From assembly GCA_963667465.2 (NCBI GenBank), contig CAXXDN010000001.1:640001-704000 (forward strand): DNA of 64,000 bases. Reading direction: 5' to 3'. The stretch comes from Dehalococcoidia bacterium. GTDB lineage: Bacteria > Chloroflexota > Dehalococcoidia > UBA2979. The translations under genes were made by a program, and so were the position numbers. The notes under the pieces are model-generated. The model made no database searches, was not told the origin of the DNA, and saw only the letters and a list, made by a program, of their open reading frames with translations. Of the stretch, positions 1 through 9,469 are shown one piece after another (positions within the stretch are counted from its first letter, which is position 1; every line of letters begins with the position of its first letter).

Positions 1-111
1 TTCTGCTACGGCTACCTGGATTTCCGGGTGCGCGATCAGGGGCCCGTGGTCGGGATCCGCAGCACGCGTCCGGGCACACCGGCGATCGAGCACCACATTC
101 CCGTCCGTTAG
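1..111 (+). CDS. 3' end of an unidentified CDS (partial, runs in from window edge)
   Basis: Frame 1 is open from base 1 (FCYGYLDFRVRDQGPVVGIRSTRPGTPAIEHHIPVR*) to TAG 109-111; GC-rich third positions; too short to assign. Confidence 0.4.
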   Translation, partial: FCYGYLDFRVRDQGPVVGIRSTRPGTPAIEHHIPVR

Positions 112-140
112 CCACTCAAGCAGCCGGGCGCTCCGGGTGC

Positions 141-175
141 TGTGGACAATTCCGCCGGGCTTGTCGACATATACT
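141..175 (+). promoter_or_regulatory. Putative men operon promoter with an imperfect inverted repeat
   Basis: TGTGGACAA(141-149)-N11-TTGTCGACA(161-169), 8/9 dyad, abutting a TATACT -10-like hexamer at 170-175. Confidence 0.4.
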
Positions 176-209
176 TGGTCGAGCGGAGCACCCGGGAGCG
201 GATCAGCAG

Positions 210-1583
210 ATGCCCGAAGATAGCGGAGCGCCCTCCGAGCGCGAGCAGGCAAGCAGTCTGTCCGCGCGCGCGCTGCGCGCGGACAGCGGCCGCTTCGCCT
301 CGATCGCGCTCTCCGGCGACTTCGATCCGCGCAGCCTCCTGACCGGCCCCGACGCCGCCGAGGTGAGCGCCTGCTACGAGCAGCCGGACCGCGACCTCGT
401 GCTCGTCGGCGTCGGCGAGGCGGCGTGCGTCTACGCCCCCGCCGGCGGGGGCGCCGAGGCGATTCGCGATGCCGCGCTGCGCCTGCTTCGGGACGCTGCC
501 GAGCCCGGCGATCGTTCCGGCCCGCTGCGGCCCCGGTTGCTGGGCGGCTTCGCCTTCGATTCATCCGCGCCGGCCGGCGGGCCGTGGGTTGGATTCGACT
601 ACGGATGGCTGAGTCTCCCCCGGCTGCTCTTCGTGCGCGACGGGGAGGACTGCGGGGTCGTGCTCGCCCCGGGCAGCCACCCCGCCGAGGTTAACTATCT
701 GATCGAACGCGCCGCACGCGCCGAACCGGACACGCGCGAGCGGCCGGCGACGGCGCTGCGCGTGGTCTGGGACATCAACCGCCCGGCGCTGATGTACGCC
801 GTGGCCGAGATCGCCGCGGAGGTTCGCGCAGGGCTCTACGAGAAGGCCGTGCTCGCCTCGGTGCGCGAGATCGAGACGGCCGCTGCGATCGACCCCGGAG
901 CGACGCTCGCGCGGCTGCGGGCGGACTATCCGCACTGCCACCTGTTCAGCTTCCGCCGCGGCGACGCGATCTTCCTCGGGGCCAGCCCGGAGCAGCTGGC
1001 CGGACTGCGCGGCGGCGCCGTCAGCACGCTCGGCCTCGCCGGCTCCGCCCGCCGCGGCCGGACGCCCGAGGAGGATGCGGAGCTTGGCGAGGCGTTGCTG
1101 CGTGACGCCAAGGAGCGGATCGAGCACGAGATCGTCGTGCGCGCCTTGCGCGAGGGCGTCTCCGCCCTCGCCGGCGACCTGGAGGCCCCCAACCGCCCGG
1201 AGCTGCTGCGCCTGCACAACATCCAGCATCTCGCCACCGAGGTGCGGGGGCGCGCCCTCCCGGGGGTCGACATCCTCGACCTGGTCGACCGGCTCCACCC
1301 GACGCCGGCAGTCTGCGGCTGGCCGTCCGCGACCGCCCGCGAGGTGATCGCGCGCCACGAGCGCTTCGATCGCGGCTGGTACGCCGGCCCGGTCGGCTGG
1401 ATGGACGGCGCGGGCGAGGGCGAGTTCGCGGTCGGGCTGCGCTCGGCGCTGGTCCGCGGCCGCCGCGCCTGGCTCTTCTCCGGCGCGGGCGTCACGGGCG
1501 ACTCCACCCCGGAGTCCGAGCTCGCCGAAATCGAGCTCAAGTTCCGCCCGCTCACGAGCGCCCTCGGCGGCGGTGCGATGTGA
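210..1583 (+). CDS. menF: Isochorismate synthase
   Basis: Chorismate-binding motifs EKAVLA, GASPE, KERIEH, QHLAT, LHPTPAVCG, RGWYAGPVGW, GAGV; first gene of men cluster. Confidence 0.9.
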   Translation: MPEDSGAPSEREQASSLSARALRADSGRFASIALSGDFDPRSLLTGPDAAEVSACYEQPDRDLVLVGVGEAACVYAPAGGGAEAIRDAALRLLRDAAEPGDRSGPLRPRLLGGFAFDSSAPAGGPWVGFDYGWLSLPRLLFVRDGEDCGVVLAPGSHPAEVNYLIERAARAEPDTRERPATALRVVWDINRPALMYAVAEIAAEVRAGLYEKAVLASVREIETAAAIDPGATLARLRADYPHCHLFSFRRGDAIFLGASPEQLAGLRGGAVSTLGLAGSARRGRTPEEDAELGEALLRDAKERIEHEIVVRALREGVSALAGDLEAPNRPELLRLHNIQHLATEVRGRALPGVDILDLVDRLHPTPAVCGWPSATAREVIARHERFDRGWYAGPVGWMDGAGEGEFAVGLRSALVRGRRAWLFSGAGVTGDSTPESELAEIELKFRPLTSALGGGAM

Positions 1584-3424
1584 GCGCGGCGCCGTCCGTG
1601 AACGCCGCCTACCGCTGCCTCGGCGCGCTCGCGCGGCAGCTGGCCGCCAGCGGCGTGCGCCACGCCGTGATCGCTCCCGGCTCGCGCTCCACGCCGCTCG
1701 CGCTTGCGCTCGACCGGACCGAGGGGCTGCGCAGCTGGCTGCACCTCGACGAGCGGGCGGCCGGCTACTTCGCGCTCGGCCTCGCCCGGCAGTTGCACGA
1801 GCCGGTCGCGATCGTCACCACCTCCGGCACCGCCGCCGCGAACCTCCACCCGGCAATCGCCGAGGCGTCCCTCTCGCGCGTGCCGCTGATCGCGCTCACC
1901 GCCGACCGGCCGCCCGAGCTGCGCGACACGGGCGCGAACCAGACGATCGAGCAGCACGGCCTCTACGGTCGCCACGTGCGCTGGTTCGCCGAGCTGCCAG
2001 TGCCCGATGGCTCGCCCGGCCTCGAGGCCCACGCGCAGCGCAGCGCGGCCCGCGCCGTCGCCGTGGCCGCCGGCCCGCCGGCCGGTCCGGTGCACCTCAA
2101 CGTCCCGCTGCGCGAGCCACTGATCGAGCCGGGCTGGGAGGCTGCCCTCGAGGCCTCGATCGCGCCGCCGGTCGCGGTCTCCGCTCCGCCAACGCGTGAC
2201 GCCTCCGTGGCGGCGGCGCTACTCCTGGAGGCTGCCTCCGGGCGGGACGGGCTGATCTTCTGCGGGCCCGCGAACGGCGACCTGCCCGCGCGCGCGATCA
2301 CCAGGCTGGCGGCGGCGCTCGGCTGGCCGATCCTCGCGGACCCGCTCTCCGGCCTGCGCGCGGGCGCGCACCCGCTCACGCACGTCGTCGAGGCCTACGA
2401 CGCGCTGCTGCGATCGACGCGCTTCGCCTCCGACCCGGGAACCCGGCCCGAGGTTGTGCTGCGCTTCGGCGCGGCCCCGACAACGCGGCCGCTGCTCGAG
2501 TACCTCGCGGGCCTCGAGGGCGTCCCGCAGCTGGCCGTCGACGCCCCCGGCGGCTGGCGCGACGCGGACGCGACCGTCAGTGCGATGCTCTGGGCGGACC
2601 CCGCCGCGCTCTGCGAGGCGGCTGTCGCGGCGCTGTCCGCGCGCCACCCGAGCGCCTTCCGCGGTACCCCCGACGACCCCGCGCGCAGCGCCGCCCGCAG
2701 CGCGCCGGACCGCGCCTTCCCGGAACGCTGGACGAACGCCAACGCCGCCGCCCGCCGCGCGCTCGGCGAGGCGATCGCCGCGCTCGACGAGCCGTTCGAG
2801 GGCATGCCGCCGGGGGCGCTCGCGTCCGCCCTGCCGGATGGCGCGACGCTCGTCGCGGGCAACTCGATGCCCGTCCGCGACCTCGATTCGTTCTTCCCCG
2901 CCAGCTCGCGCCGCATCCGCATCGTCGGCACGCGCGGGGCCTCGGGTATCGACGGCGTGGTTTCGGCGGCGGTCGGGGCCGCGGCGGCGGGCGAGGGGCC
3001 GGTTGCCGTGCTGGTCGGCGATCTCTCGTTCCTGCACGACCTCAACGGCCTCTGGCCGCTGCGCGCACACGGTCTCTCGCTGCTCGTCGTCCTGGTCAAC
3101 AACGACGGCGGGGGCATCTTCCACTTCCTGCCGCAGCGCGAGCAGGCCAGCGCGCAGTTCGAGGACTGGTTCGGCACGCCGCACGGCCTCGACTTCGAGG
3201 GCGCGATCGGCGCCTTCGGCGGCCGCCTGCTGCGGCCAGCCCTCGGCGAGTGGCGCGAGGCGATCGGCGGGGCGCTCGCCGCGCCCGGACTGACCGTGCT
3301 CGAGCTGCGCACCGAGCGCGACCGCAACGTCGAGCTGCATCGCGAGGTCTGGGCGCGCGTCGACGGCGCGCTGCGCGAGTTGGATCTCGACGCCGCGCCG
3401 GCGACATCCGCCCCCGCACGCTGA
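1580..3424 (+). CDS. menD: SEPHCHC synthase (ThDP-dependent)
   Basis: PGSRSTPL, DERAAGYFALG, TTSGTAAAN, TADRPPEL, GNSMPVRD, RGASGIDG, GDLSFLHDLNG, NNDGGGIF, FGTPH. Confidence 0.95.
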   Translation: MSAAPSVNAAYRCLGALARQLAASGVRHAVIAPGSRSTPLALALDRTEGLRSWLHLDERAAGYFALGLARQLHEPVAIVTTSGTAAANLHPAIAEASLSRVPLIALTADRPPELRDTGANQTIEQHGLYGRHVRWFAELPVPDGSPGLEAHAQRSAARAVAVAAGPPAGPVHLNVPLREPLIEPGWEAALEASIAPPVAVSAPPTRDASVAAALLLEAASGRDGLIFCGPANGDLPARAITRLAAALGWPILADPLSGLRAGAHPLTHVVEAYDALLRSTRFASDPGTRPEVVLRFGAAPTTRPLLEYLAGLEGVPQLAVDAPGGWRDADATVSAMLWADPAALCEAAVAALSARHPSAFRGTPDDPARSAARSAPDRAFPERWTNANAAARRALGEAIAALDEPFEGMPPGALASALPDGATLVAGNSMPVRDLDSFFPASSRRIRIVGTRGASGIDGVVSAAVGAAAAGEGPVAVLVGDLSFLHDLNGLWPLRAHGLSLLVVLVNNDGGGIFHFLPQREQASAQFEDWFGTPHGLDFEGAIGAFGGRLLRPALGEWREAIGGALAAPGLTVLELRTERDRNVELHREVWARVDGALRELDLDAAPATSAPAR

Positions 3425-4260
3425 TGGGCGGCGCAACGACCGTCGAGATCGACGGTCTCTCGTTCCACGTCACCAGCGAGGGCGCTGGCCCCCCGATCGT
3501 GCTGCTGCACGGCTTCACCGGCTCCGCCGGCGCCTGGCGCGCCCTGACCGGCCGCCTCGCGCGCGAGTACCGCACGATCGCCCCGGACCTCGTGGGCCAC
3601 GCCCGCTCCGCGGCTCCCGAGGCGGTCGAGCGCTACGCGATCCGCCGCGCCGCCGCCGACCTCGTGGCGCTGTTGCGTACGCTTGGCCACGAGCGCGCCG
3701 CCTGGCTCGGCTACTCGCTCGGCGGGCGGGTCGCGCTGCAGGTCGCCGCGGACCACCCGCGGGCCGTCGCCGCGCTGCTGCTCGAGGGCGCCTCGCCCGG
3801 TATCGCGGACGACGCGGAGCGGGAGGCGCGGCGCGCCTCCGACGCCGCACTCGCCGAGCGCATCGAGCGCGCCGGCGTCGAGGCTTTTGTCGACGAGTGG
3901 GAGCGAGTCCCGCTGTTCGCCTCGCAGCGCGACATGCCGGAGCAGGCGCGCGCCGCCGTCCGCGCCACGCGGCTGGCGCAGCGCGCGCGCGGCCTCGCGA
4001 ACTCGCTGCGCGGGATGGGCGTGGGGGTGCAGGCGCCGCTGCACGAGCGGCTGCCGTCGATCGATGCCCCGGCGCTGTTGCTTGCCGGTTCGCTCGACGA
4101 GAAGTACGTCGCGATCGCCGGGGATATGGCGCGCACGCTGCCGGACGCTACGATTGGCGTGATCGAGGGCGCCGGTCATGCCGCGCACCTCGAACGGCCC
4201 GGGGCGTTCGCGCAGCTGGTCGAGGACTACCTGGGCCGCGAGTACCCGCCCACGGGTTAA
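3424..4260 (+). CDS. menH: SHCHC synthase (alpha/beta hydrolase)
   Basis: LHGFTGS, GYSLGGRVAL, LEGASPG, DEKY, AGHAAHLE; ATG 3424 overlaps menD TGA. Confidence 0.9.
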   Translation: MGGATTVEIDGLSFHVTSEGAGPPIVLLHGFTGSAGAWRALTGRLAREYRTIAPDLVGHARSAAPEAVERYAIRRAAADLVALLRTLGHERAAWLGYSLGGRVALQVAADHPRAVAALLLEGASPGIADDAEREARRASDAALAERIERAGVEAFVDEWERVPLFASQRDMPEQARAAVRATRLAQRARGLANSLRGMGVGVQAPLHERLPSIDAPALLLAGSLDEKYVAIAGDMARTLPDATIGVIEGAGHAAHLERPGAFAQLVEDYLGREYPPTG

Positions 4261-4284
4261 CGGGATGTAGCGCAGGGGGAAGCG

Positions 4285-5127
4285 ATGAGCGAGGCAGACG
4301 GCGCGGCCGGCGCGGTCGAGTGGCAGCAGGCCGGCGACTACACGGACATTCTCTACGAGACCTCGGGCGGCATCGCCAGGATCACGATCAATCGCCCGGA
4401 GGTGCATAACGCCTTCCGGCCGCAGACGGTCGACGAGCTGCTCGGTGCGTTCATGGAGGCGCACCACGACGCCGCGATCGGCGTGGTGCTCTTCACCGGC
4501 GCGGGCACACGCGCCTTCTGCTCCGGCGGCGACCAGCGCGTGCGCGGCGAAGGCGGCTACGTCGGCGACGACGGCGTGCCGCGCCTGAACGTGCTGCCGC
4601 TCCAGCGCTACATCCGCTCGATGCCGAAGCCGGTGATCGCCCTCGTCAACGGCTACGCGATCGGCGGCGGCCACGTGCTGCACGTGATCTGCGACCTCTC
4701 GATCGCCTCGGAGACGGCGATCTTCGGGCAGACCGGCCCGCGCGTCGGCTCCTTCGACGCCGGCCTCGGCGCGACGCAGCTGGCGCGCATCGTCGGGCAC
4801 AAGAAGGCGCGCGAGATCTGGTTCCTCTGCCGCCAGTACAGCGCGCAGCAGGCGCTCGACATGGGCCTCGTCAACGAGGTCGTCCCGCCCGGGGAGCTGG
4901 AGGCCGAGGGCGTGCGCTGGGCGAACGAGATCCTGGAGCTGAGTCCGACCGCGCTGCGCTTCCTCAAGATGTCCTTCCTCGCCGACACGGACGGCCTCGC
5001 CGGCATCCAGCAACTCGCCGGCGATGCGACCTCGCTCTTCTACATGTCCGACGAGGGCAAGGAGGGCAAGAACGCCTTCCTCGAGAAGCGCCAGCCGGAC
5101 TTCTCGAAGTTCCCCCGCCTCCCCTGA
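4285..5127 (+). CDS. menB: 1,4-dihydroxy-2-naphthoyl-CoA synthase
   Basis: [65 protein letters not shown]. Confidence 0.97.
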   Translation: MSEADGAAGAVEWQQAGDYTDILYETSGGIARITINRPEVHNAFRPQTVDELLGAFMEAHHDAAIGVVLFTGAGTRAFCSGGDQRVRGEGGYVGDDGVPRLNVLPLQRYIRSMPKPVIALVNGYAIGGGHVLHVICDLSIASETAIFGQTGPRVGSFDAGLGATQLARIVGHKKAREIWFLCRQYSAQQALDMGLVNEVVPPGELEAEGVRWANEILELSPTALRFLKMSFLADTDGLAGIQQLAGDATSLFYMSDEGKEGKNAFLEKRQPDFSKFPRLP

Positions 5128-5143
5128 GCGGCGGAGCCCCGGT

Positions 5144-6061
5144 GTGAGCGGCGAGGCGGCGCGCGTGAAGCCATCAGACGGCGCCCCGTCCGGCCTCAAG
5201 GTCTGGGTGCTGGCGGCGCGCCTGCCGACGCTGACGGCGGCGATCGCACCCGTCGCCGTCGGCACGGGCGTCGCCGTGCACGACGATCGCTTCAGCCTCG
5301 GCCCCGCGCTCGCCGCGCTGCTCGGCGCGCTCGCGATCCAGGTCGGCGCGAACCTCGCGAACGACGTCTCCGACTTCCGCCGCGGCGCGGACACGGCGGA
5401 GCGGATCGGCCCGCCGCGCGTCACCCAGCTCGGGCTGCTCAGCCAGCGCCAGGTGCTGACCGCGATGTGGGTGGCCTTCGCGGTCGCGGCGCTGACCGGC
5501 GTCTACCTCATGGCCGTCGCGGGCTGGCCCGTGATCGCCGCCGGAGTCGCCTCGATCCTCGCGGCGATCGCCTACACGGGCGGGCCGTGGCCGTTCGGCT
5601 ATCGCGGACTGGGCGAGGTCTTCACCTTCGTCTTCTTCGGCCTCGTCGCCGTCTGCGGCACCTACTACGTGCAGGCGGAGCTGCTCACCTTCGAGGTGCT
5701 GGCGGCGGCCGTGCCCGTCGGGTTCACCGTCTCCGCGATCCTGATCGTGAACAACGTGCGCGACATCGAGACGGACGCCGTCGCGGGCAAGCGCACGCTC
5801 GCCGTGATGCTCGGGCGGCGGCTCGCGCGCTGGCAGTTCGGCGTCACGCTCGCCCTCGCCTGGCTGACGGCGCTGGCGCTCTGGCCGATCGGCTTCGGCC
5901 CGCAGGCGCTGCTCGCGCTGCTCGCGCTGCCGCTCGCGATCGGCCCGCTGCGCGCCGTGCTGCGCAGCGAGGACGGCCCGACGCTCAACACCGCGCTGCG
6001 CGCCACCGCACGGCTGCACCTCGCCCTCGGCCTGCTGATCGCCATCGGCGCGGCGCTGTAG
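5144..6061 (+). CDS. menA: 1,4-dihydroxy-2-naphthoate polyprenyltransferase
   Basis: RLPTL, QVGANLANDVSDFRRGAD, YTGGPWPFGYRGLGE, NNVRDIETDAVAGKRTLAV; multi-TM; GTG start with GGAG upstream. Confidence 0.93.
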   Translation: MSGEAARVKPSDGAPSGLKVWVLAARLPTLTAAIAPVAVGTGVAVHDDRFSLGPALAALLGALAIQVGANLANDVSDFRRGADTAERIGPPRVTQLGLLSQRQVLTAMWVAFAVAALTGVYLMAVAGWPVIAAGVASILAAIAYTGGPWPFGYRGLGEVFTFVFFGLVAVCGTYYVQAELLTFEVLAAAVPVGFTVSAILIVNNVRDIETDAVAGKRTLAVMLGRRLARWQFGVTLALAWLTALALWPIGFGPQALLALLALPLAIGPLRAVLRSEDGPTLNTALRATARLHLALGLLIAIGAAL

Positions 6062-6071
6062 GGTTGGCGGC

Positions 6072-7229
6072 ATGACCGGGGAGCGCGGCAACACCACGGC
6101 GCCGAAGCCACCCGGCGCCTCGCCGATCGTCAGTGTCCGCTGGCGCCCCTTCCGCCTTCCGCTGCACGCGCCGATCGCGACCGCCGGGGGCACGATCGAG
6201 CAGCGCGAGGGCGTCCTCGTCGAGCTGCGTGACGCCGACGACCGCCGCAGCTTCGGCGAGGCCTCGCCGCTACCCGGGGACGGGCACGGCGGGGCGCCCG
6301 ACGTGCTGCGGCTGCTGGGCGAGTGGGCCCCAGGCCTGCTCGCCGGCGAGGGCTTGCCCGCGGGGCTGCATGCGCCCGCGGCTGCTGCGCTGCTCTGCGC
6401 CCTGGACGACGCGCGCCTCGACCTCGATGGGCGGCGGAGGGGCCTCCGAGTTGCCTCGATCATCGGCGGAGGGGCAGTCCGCGAGGTCCGCGTGAACGCC
6501 GTGATCGGGAACGGTCCGCCGGAGTGGGTGGGGGAGCAGGCCGCGGCCGCCGTCGCCGCGGGCTACGGCACGCTCAAGCTCAAGGTCGCCGCCGGGTCAC
6601 TTGCCGAGGATCGCCGGCGTGTGCAGGCCGCGCGCGAGGCCGCGCCGGACGTGCGCCTGCGCCTGGACGCGAACGGAGGCTGGGACACGGCCACCGCTCG
6701 CGAGGCGATAGCCAGCCTCGCGCACTACAAACTCGAGTATGTCGAGCAGCCGGTGCCCGCGCGCGATCTGGAGGGCCTGGCTCGCCTGCGCGCCGAAGGA
6801 ACCTGCCTCATCGCCGCGGACGAGTCGGTCGCCGATGCAGCGGAAGCGGAGCGCGTCCTCGATAGCGACGCCGCCGACGTGCTGGTGCTCAAGCCGATGC
6901 GCCTCGGCGGGATCCGCCGCGCCCTCAATCTCGCCCGCGATGCGTCCCGGGAGGGCGTCTCCTGCGTCGTCACCACCAGCTTCGACTCCAGCCTCGGGGT
7001 GGCCGGCGCGCTGCACCTTGCCGCGGCCCTCGATGCGTTCGCCGCCCGGGGCGGATTCGCGCACGGGCTCAGTACGGCTGAGCATCTCGCAGCGGACCTC
7101 GTCGCGCGACCGCTCGTCCCCGCCAGGGGCGTGCTGCGCGTGCCCTCGACTGTCGGCCTCGGCATCGAGCCGGACGAGGCCGCCCTCGAGGCAGCCGCGA
7201 CGGGCGACTGGGTCGAGGTGCGCGGCTGA
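6072..7229 (+). CDS. menC: o-succinylbenzoate synthase (enolase superfamily)
   Basis: GEASPLPG, KLKV, RLDANGGW, EQP, DES, LKPMRLGG; position in men cluster. Confidence 0.85.
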   Translation: MTGERGNTTAPKPPGASPIVSVRWRPFRLPLHAPIATAGGTIEQREGVLVELRDADDRRSFGEASPLPGDGHGGAPDVLRLLGEWAPGLLAGEGLPAGLHAPAAAALLCALDDARLDLDGRRRGLRVASIIGGGAVREVRVNAVIGNGPPEWVGEQAAAAVAAGYGTLKLKVAAGSLAEDRRRVQAAREAAPDVRLRLDANGGWDTATAREAIASLAHYKLEYVEQPVPARDLEGLARLRAEGTCLIAADESVADAAEAERVLDSDAADVLVLKPMRLGGIRRALNLARDASREGVSCVVTTSFDSSLGVAGALHLAAALDAFAARGGFAHGLSTAEHLAADLVARPLVPARGVLRVPSTVGLGIEPDEAALEAAATGDWVEVRG

Positions 7230-7241
7230 GGGCGGCGCACG

Positions 7242-7297
7242 TTGACGCCTTCGCGGCCACACTCAAGAATGGCCGGGCTGCCCGGAGGCCGGGCAGC
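7242..7297 (+). promoter_or_regulatory. Putative sigma70 promoter plus 9-bp hairpin upstream of the hotdog pair
   Basis: TTGACG(7242)-N17-AAGAAT(7265); GCTGCCCGG-AGG-CCGGGCAGC at 7277-7297. Confidence 0.4.
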
Positions 7298-7321
7298 GGG
7301 CTTCCCGGGGACGGCAGGCGA

Positions 7322-7753
7322 ATGAGCGACGAACCCCTCTTCGAGTACGACGAGAGCGTGATCGGCGTCGAGCGCAACGTGGGCACCCTCGAGGTGACCG
7401 CGGAGCGGCTGGAACGCTACTGCGCGGTCGTCGGCGAGACCAACCCGCGCTACGTGGAGGAGCAGCAGGCGCCGCCGAGCTTCCTGCAGCGCATGCGCTT
7501 CGCTCCCGGGCCGGACCCGCGCGTGCGCTTCGGTAACGTCACCTTCCACGCCGGCTCACGCCTGGAGCAGCTCGCGCCGGTGCGCGTCGGCGACGTGCTC
7601 ACCGGCTACGCGCAGGCGAAAGAGGTCTACGCCAAGACCGGCCGCAGCGGCACGATGGTGTTCGCCGTGCGCCGCCTCACCTACCGTAACCAGCGTGGCG
7701 AGGACGTCGCCTACTCCGACCAGACCACGGTCCATCGGCAGGTCGGCGAATGA
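7322..7753 (+). CDS. MaoC/FAS1-like dehydratase hotdog protein (N-type subunit)
   Basis: YCAVVGETNPRY, APPSF, HAG, VGDVL, KTGRSGTMVF, NQRGE pattern. Confidence 0.8.
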   Translation: MSDEPLFEYDESVIGVERNVGTLEVTAERLERYCAVVGETNPRYVEEQQAPPSFLQRMRFAPGPDPRVRFGNVTFHAGSRLEQLAPVRVGDVLTGYAQAKEVYAKTGRSGTMVFAVRRLTYRNQRGEDVAYSDQTTVHRQVGE

Positions 7754-8196
7754 GCCAGCCATACTTCGAAGACATCGACGTCGGCGACGAGATCGAGAGT
7801 GCCTGGACCGCGCAGCGCGAGCAGGTCCTCGAGTACATCGAGCTTGAGCCGGGCGGCCCGGCCGACGACACGCAGGGTCGCTTCACCGATCCGGTGCGGG
7901 CGAAGAAGCTCGGCTTCGAGCGCCCGATCGTGCCCGGCGCGCTGAGCATGTCCGTGCTGACCCGGCTGGTGACCGACTGGATGGGCCCCAACGGCGCCCT
8001 CGAGTCGATCGACATCAACTTCCGCCGCCCGGTGCTGCACGAGGACGAGCTGCGCTCGCTGGGCCTTATCATCGACACCGAGCCGGCCGAGGACGGTGGC
8101 CGCGTACGCATCGACGTCTACTTTGAGAACAACCGCGGCGAGCGCCCGTTGCAGGGCGTCGCCGTCGTCAGGCTGCCCTCGCGAGCGGGCTCCTAG
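7750..8196 (+). CDS. MaoC-like hotdog protein
   Basis: YFEDIDVGDE, D..RAKKLGFERPIVPG, LVTDW, FRRPV; ATGA overlap with preceding gene. Confidence 0.75.
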   Translation: MSQPYFEDIDVGDEIESAWTAQREQVLEYIELEPGGPADDTQGRFTDPVRAKKLGFERPIVPGALSMSVLTRLVTDWMGPNGALESIDINFRRPVLHEDELRSLGLIIDTEPAEDGGRVRIDVYFENNRGERPLQGVAVVRLPSRAGS

Positions 8197-8224
8197 GCGA
8201 GCGGCCGGCGGGAGCGAGGGCCGC

Positions 8225-8650
8225 GTGGACCTGCTGACCGACCCGTTCGGCGACTGTGGGGCGGCCATGGTGCCGCTGCGACTGGCCGCCGGTGTGGTCT
8301 TCGTGCACGCGGGGTACGGCAAGTTCCAGCGTGGCATCGGTGGGTTCGGCTCGTGGCTGAGCGAGCTCGGCTATCCGCTGGGACAGCCCACGGCGCGGCT
8401 GGTCGCGAGCCTCGAGGTCCTCGGTGGCCTCGCGCTGATTCTCGGGCTGTTCGCGCACTGGGTCGCCATCCCGCTGGCGCTGATGATGGTGGTGGCGGCG
8501 TACACGAACGCGGTGAAGCTGCGCCTGCCGTTCGCGGGCAACGAGAACGCGCAGGGCTGGGAGCTCGACCTCCTGCTGGTCGCCCTCCTCGTCGCGCTCA
8601 TCCTCGGCGGCTCGGGCCCGCTCTCCCTGGACGCGCTGATCTCCGGGTAG
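8225..8650 (+). CDS. DoxX family membrane protein
   Basis: LRLAAGVVFVHAGYGK, EVLGG..LILG, GWELDL, GSGPLSLD. Confidence 0.88.
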   Translation: MDLLTDPFGDCGAAMVPLRLAAGVVFVHAGYGKFQRGIGGFGSWLSELGYPLGQPTARLVASLEVLGGLALILGLFAHWVAIPLALMMVVAAYTNAVKLRLPFAGNENAQGWELDLLLVALLVALILGGSGPLSLDALISG

Positions 8651-8694
8651 GGCGATAGCGCGGTCTCGAATCGGTTGCCAGTGCCGTCCGGCGG

Positions 8695-8723
8695 TTGACG
8701 TGTGTTAAGTCAGGACTTAACTT
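8695..8723 (+). promoter_or_regulatory. Promoter with perfect operator palindrome for the TA-chaperone operon
   Basis: TTGACG(8695)-N17-TAACTT(8718); GTTAAGTC-AG-GACTTAAC at 8704-8721. Confidence 0.65.
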
Positions 8724-9096
8724 GCCTCTGAGAGCAATCTGCTCTGGCTCGGCATACGCGGTGCTCGCGCACGTACGGGACAATGGCAGTTGTCAAGTCG
8801 AGGAGTACCTCGATGGGCTCTCAATACGAGACCGGAAGCGAATCACGACCCTGCTGGAGCGGGCCGCGGAACAAGGGCCGCCGAGGAACAAGGAGAAGTC
8901 CGCGTCAATCGAGGACTTCTTCGAGTTCAAGGCTTACCAGGTGCGGATCTTCTATGACTACCTGCCCGAGAAGCGGATCGTCCTCTTCTACGGGTTCACC
9001 AAGAAGAGGAGCAAGACTCCAAACAACGTGATAGAGACTGGCAGAAGGCTCTGTCAGGAGGTACGCAACGAGGATCGTCGAAAGGAGTGGCGATGA
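8722..9096 (+). CDS. RelE/HigB-family toxin (Gp49/DUF891-like); start uncertain (8695, 8722 or 8761)
   Basis: VEEYLDGL, FFEFK..QVRIFY, LFYGFTKKRSKTP; upstream of an HTH gene. Confidence 0.8.
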   Translation: MPLRAICSGSAYAVLAHVRDNGSCQVEEYLDGLSIRDRKRITTLLERAAEQGPPRNKEKSASIEDFFEFKAYQVRIFYDYLPEKRIVLFYGFTKKRSKTPNNVIETGRRLCQEVRNEDRRKEWR

Positions 9097-9464
9097 TCAG
9101 GCTGCAGGACTGGATCGATGAGTTCCAGGGAGATCCCGACTACGAGTTCGACAAGCTCGCCCTTGAGCTCGGCGAGCAGATCGTGGCTCGCATGGAGGAG
9201 CAGGGCATGACGCAGGCCGATCTCGCCCGGAAGATGGACATGAGCCGGGCGCGTATCAATCAGATTCTGCGCGGTAGTGACAATCTGACGTTGAAGAGCA
9301 TCGTCGCGGTGGCGATCGGCCTCGACGCCCGCGTTGATCTCGAGATCAAGCCGGTCAGGCCTGCCCAGCGTCTCTCCCGCCGCGACTGCCGACCGGTCAT
9401 CCGCGTGGGTGCGCATACTGTCGGCGAAGAGCCCCCGGCATCGGTGCTGGCCGCCGCCGCCTAG
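9093..9464 (+). CDS. Xre/Cro HTH antitoxin (HigA-like) with C-terminal extension
   Basis: GMTQADLARKMDMSRARINQILRG..NLTLKSI; AAGGAG RBS; ATGA overlap with toxin. Confidence 0.85.
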   Translation: MIRLQDWIDEFQGDPDYEFDKLALELGEQIVARMEEQGMTQADLARKMDMSRARINQILRGSDNLTLKSIVAVAIGLDARVDLEIKPVRPAQRLSRRDCRPVIRVGAHTVGEEPPASVLAAAA

Positions 9465-9469
9465 CAGCG

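Noticed and set aside
2395-5424. 1009-aa minus-strand ORF and similar long antisense ORFs (e.g. 51945-54638, 34889-37042, 48100-50004, 30194-32314)
   Set aside because: Shadow frames of well-supported genes; stop codons are rare at this GC content, and the translations are low-complexity with no motifs
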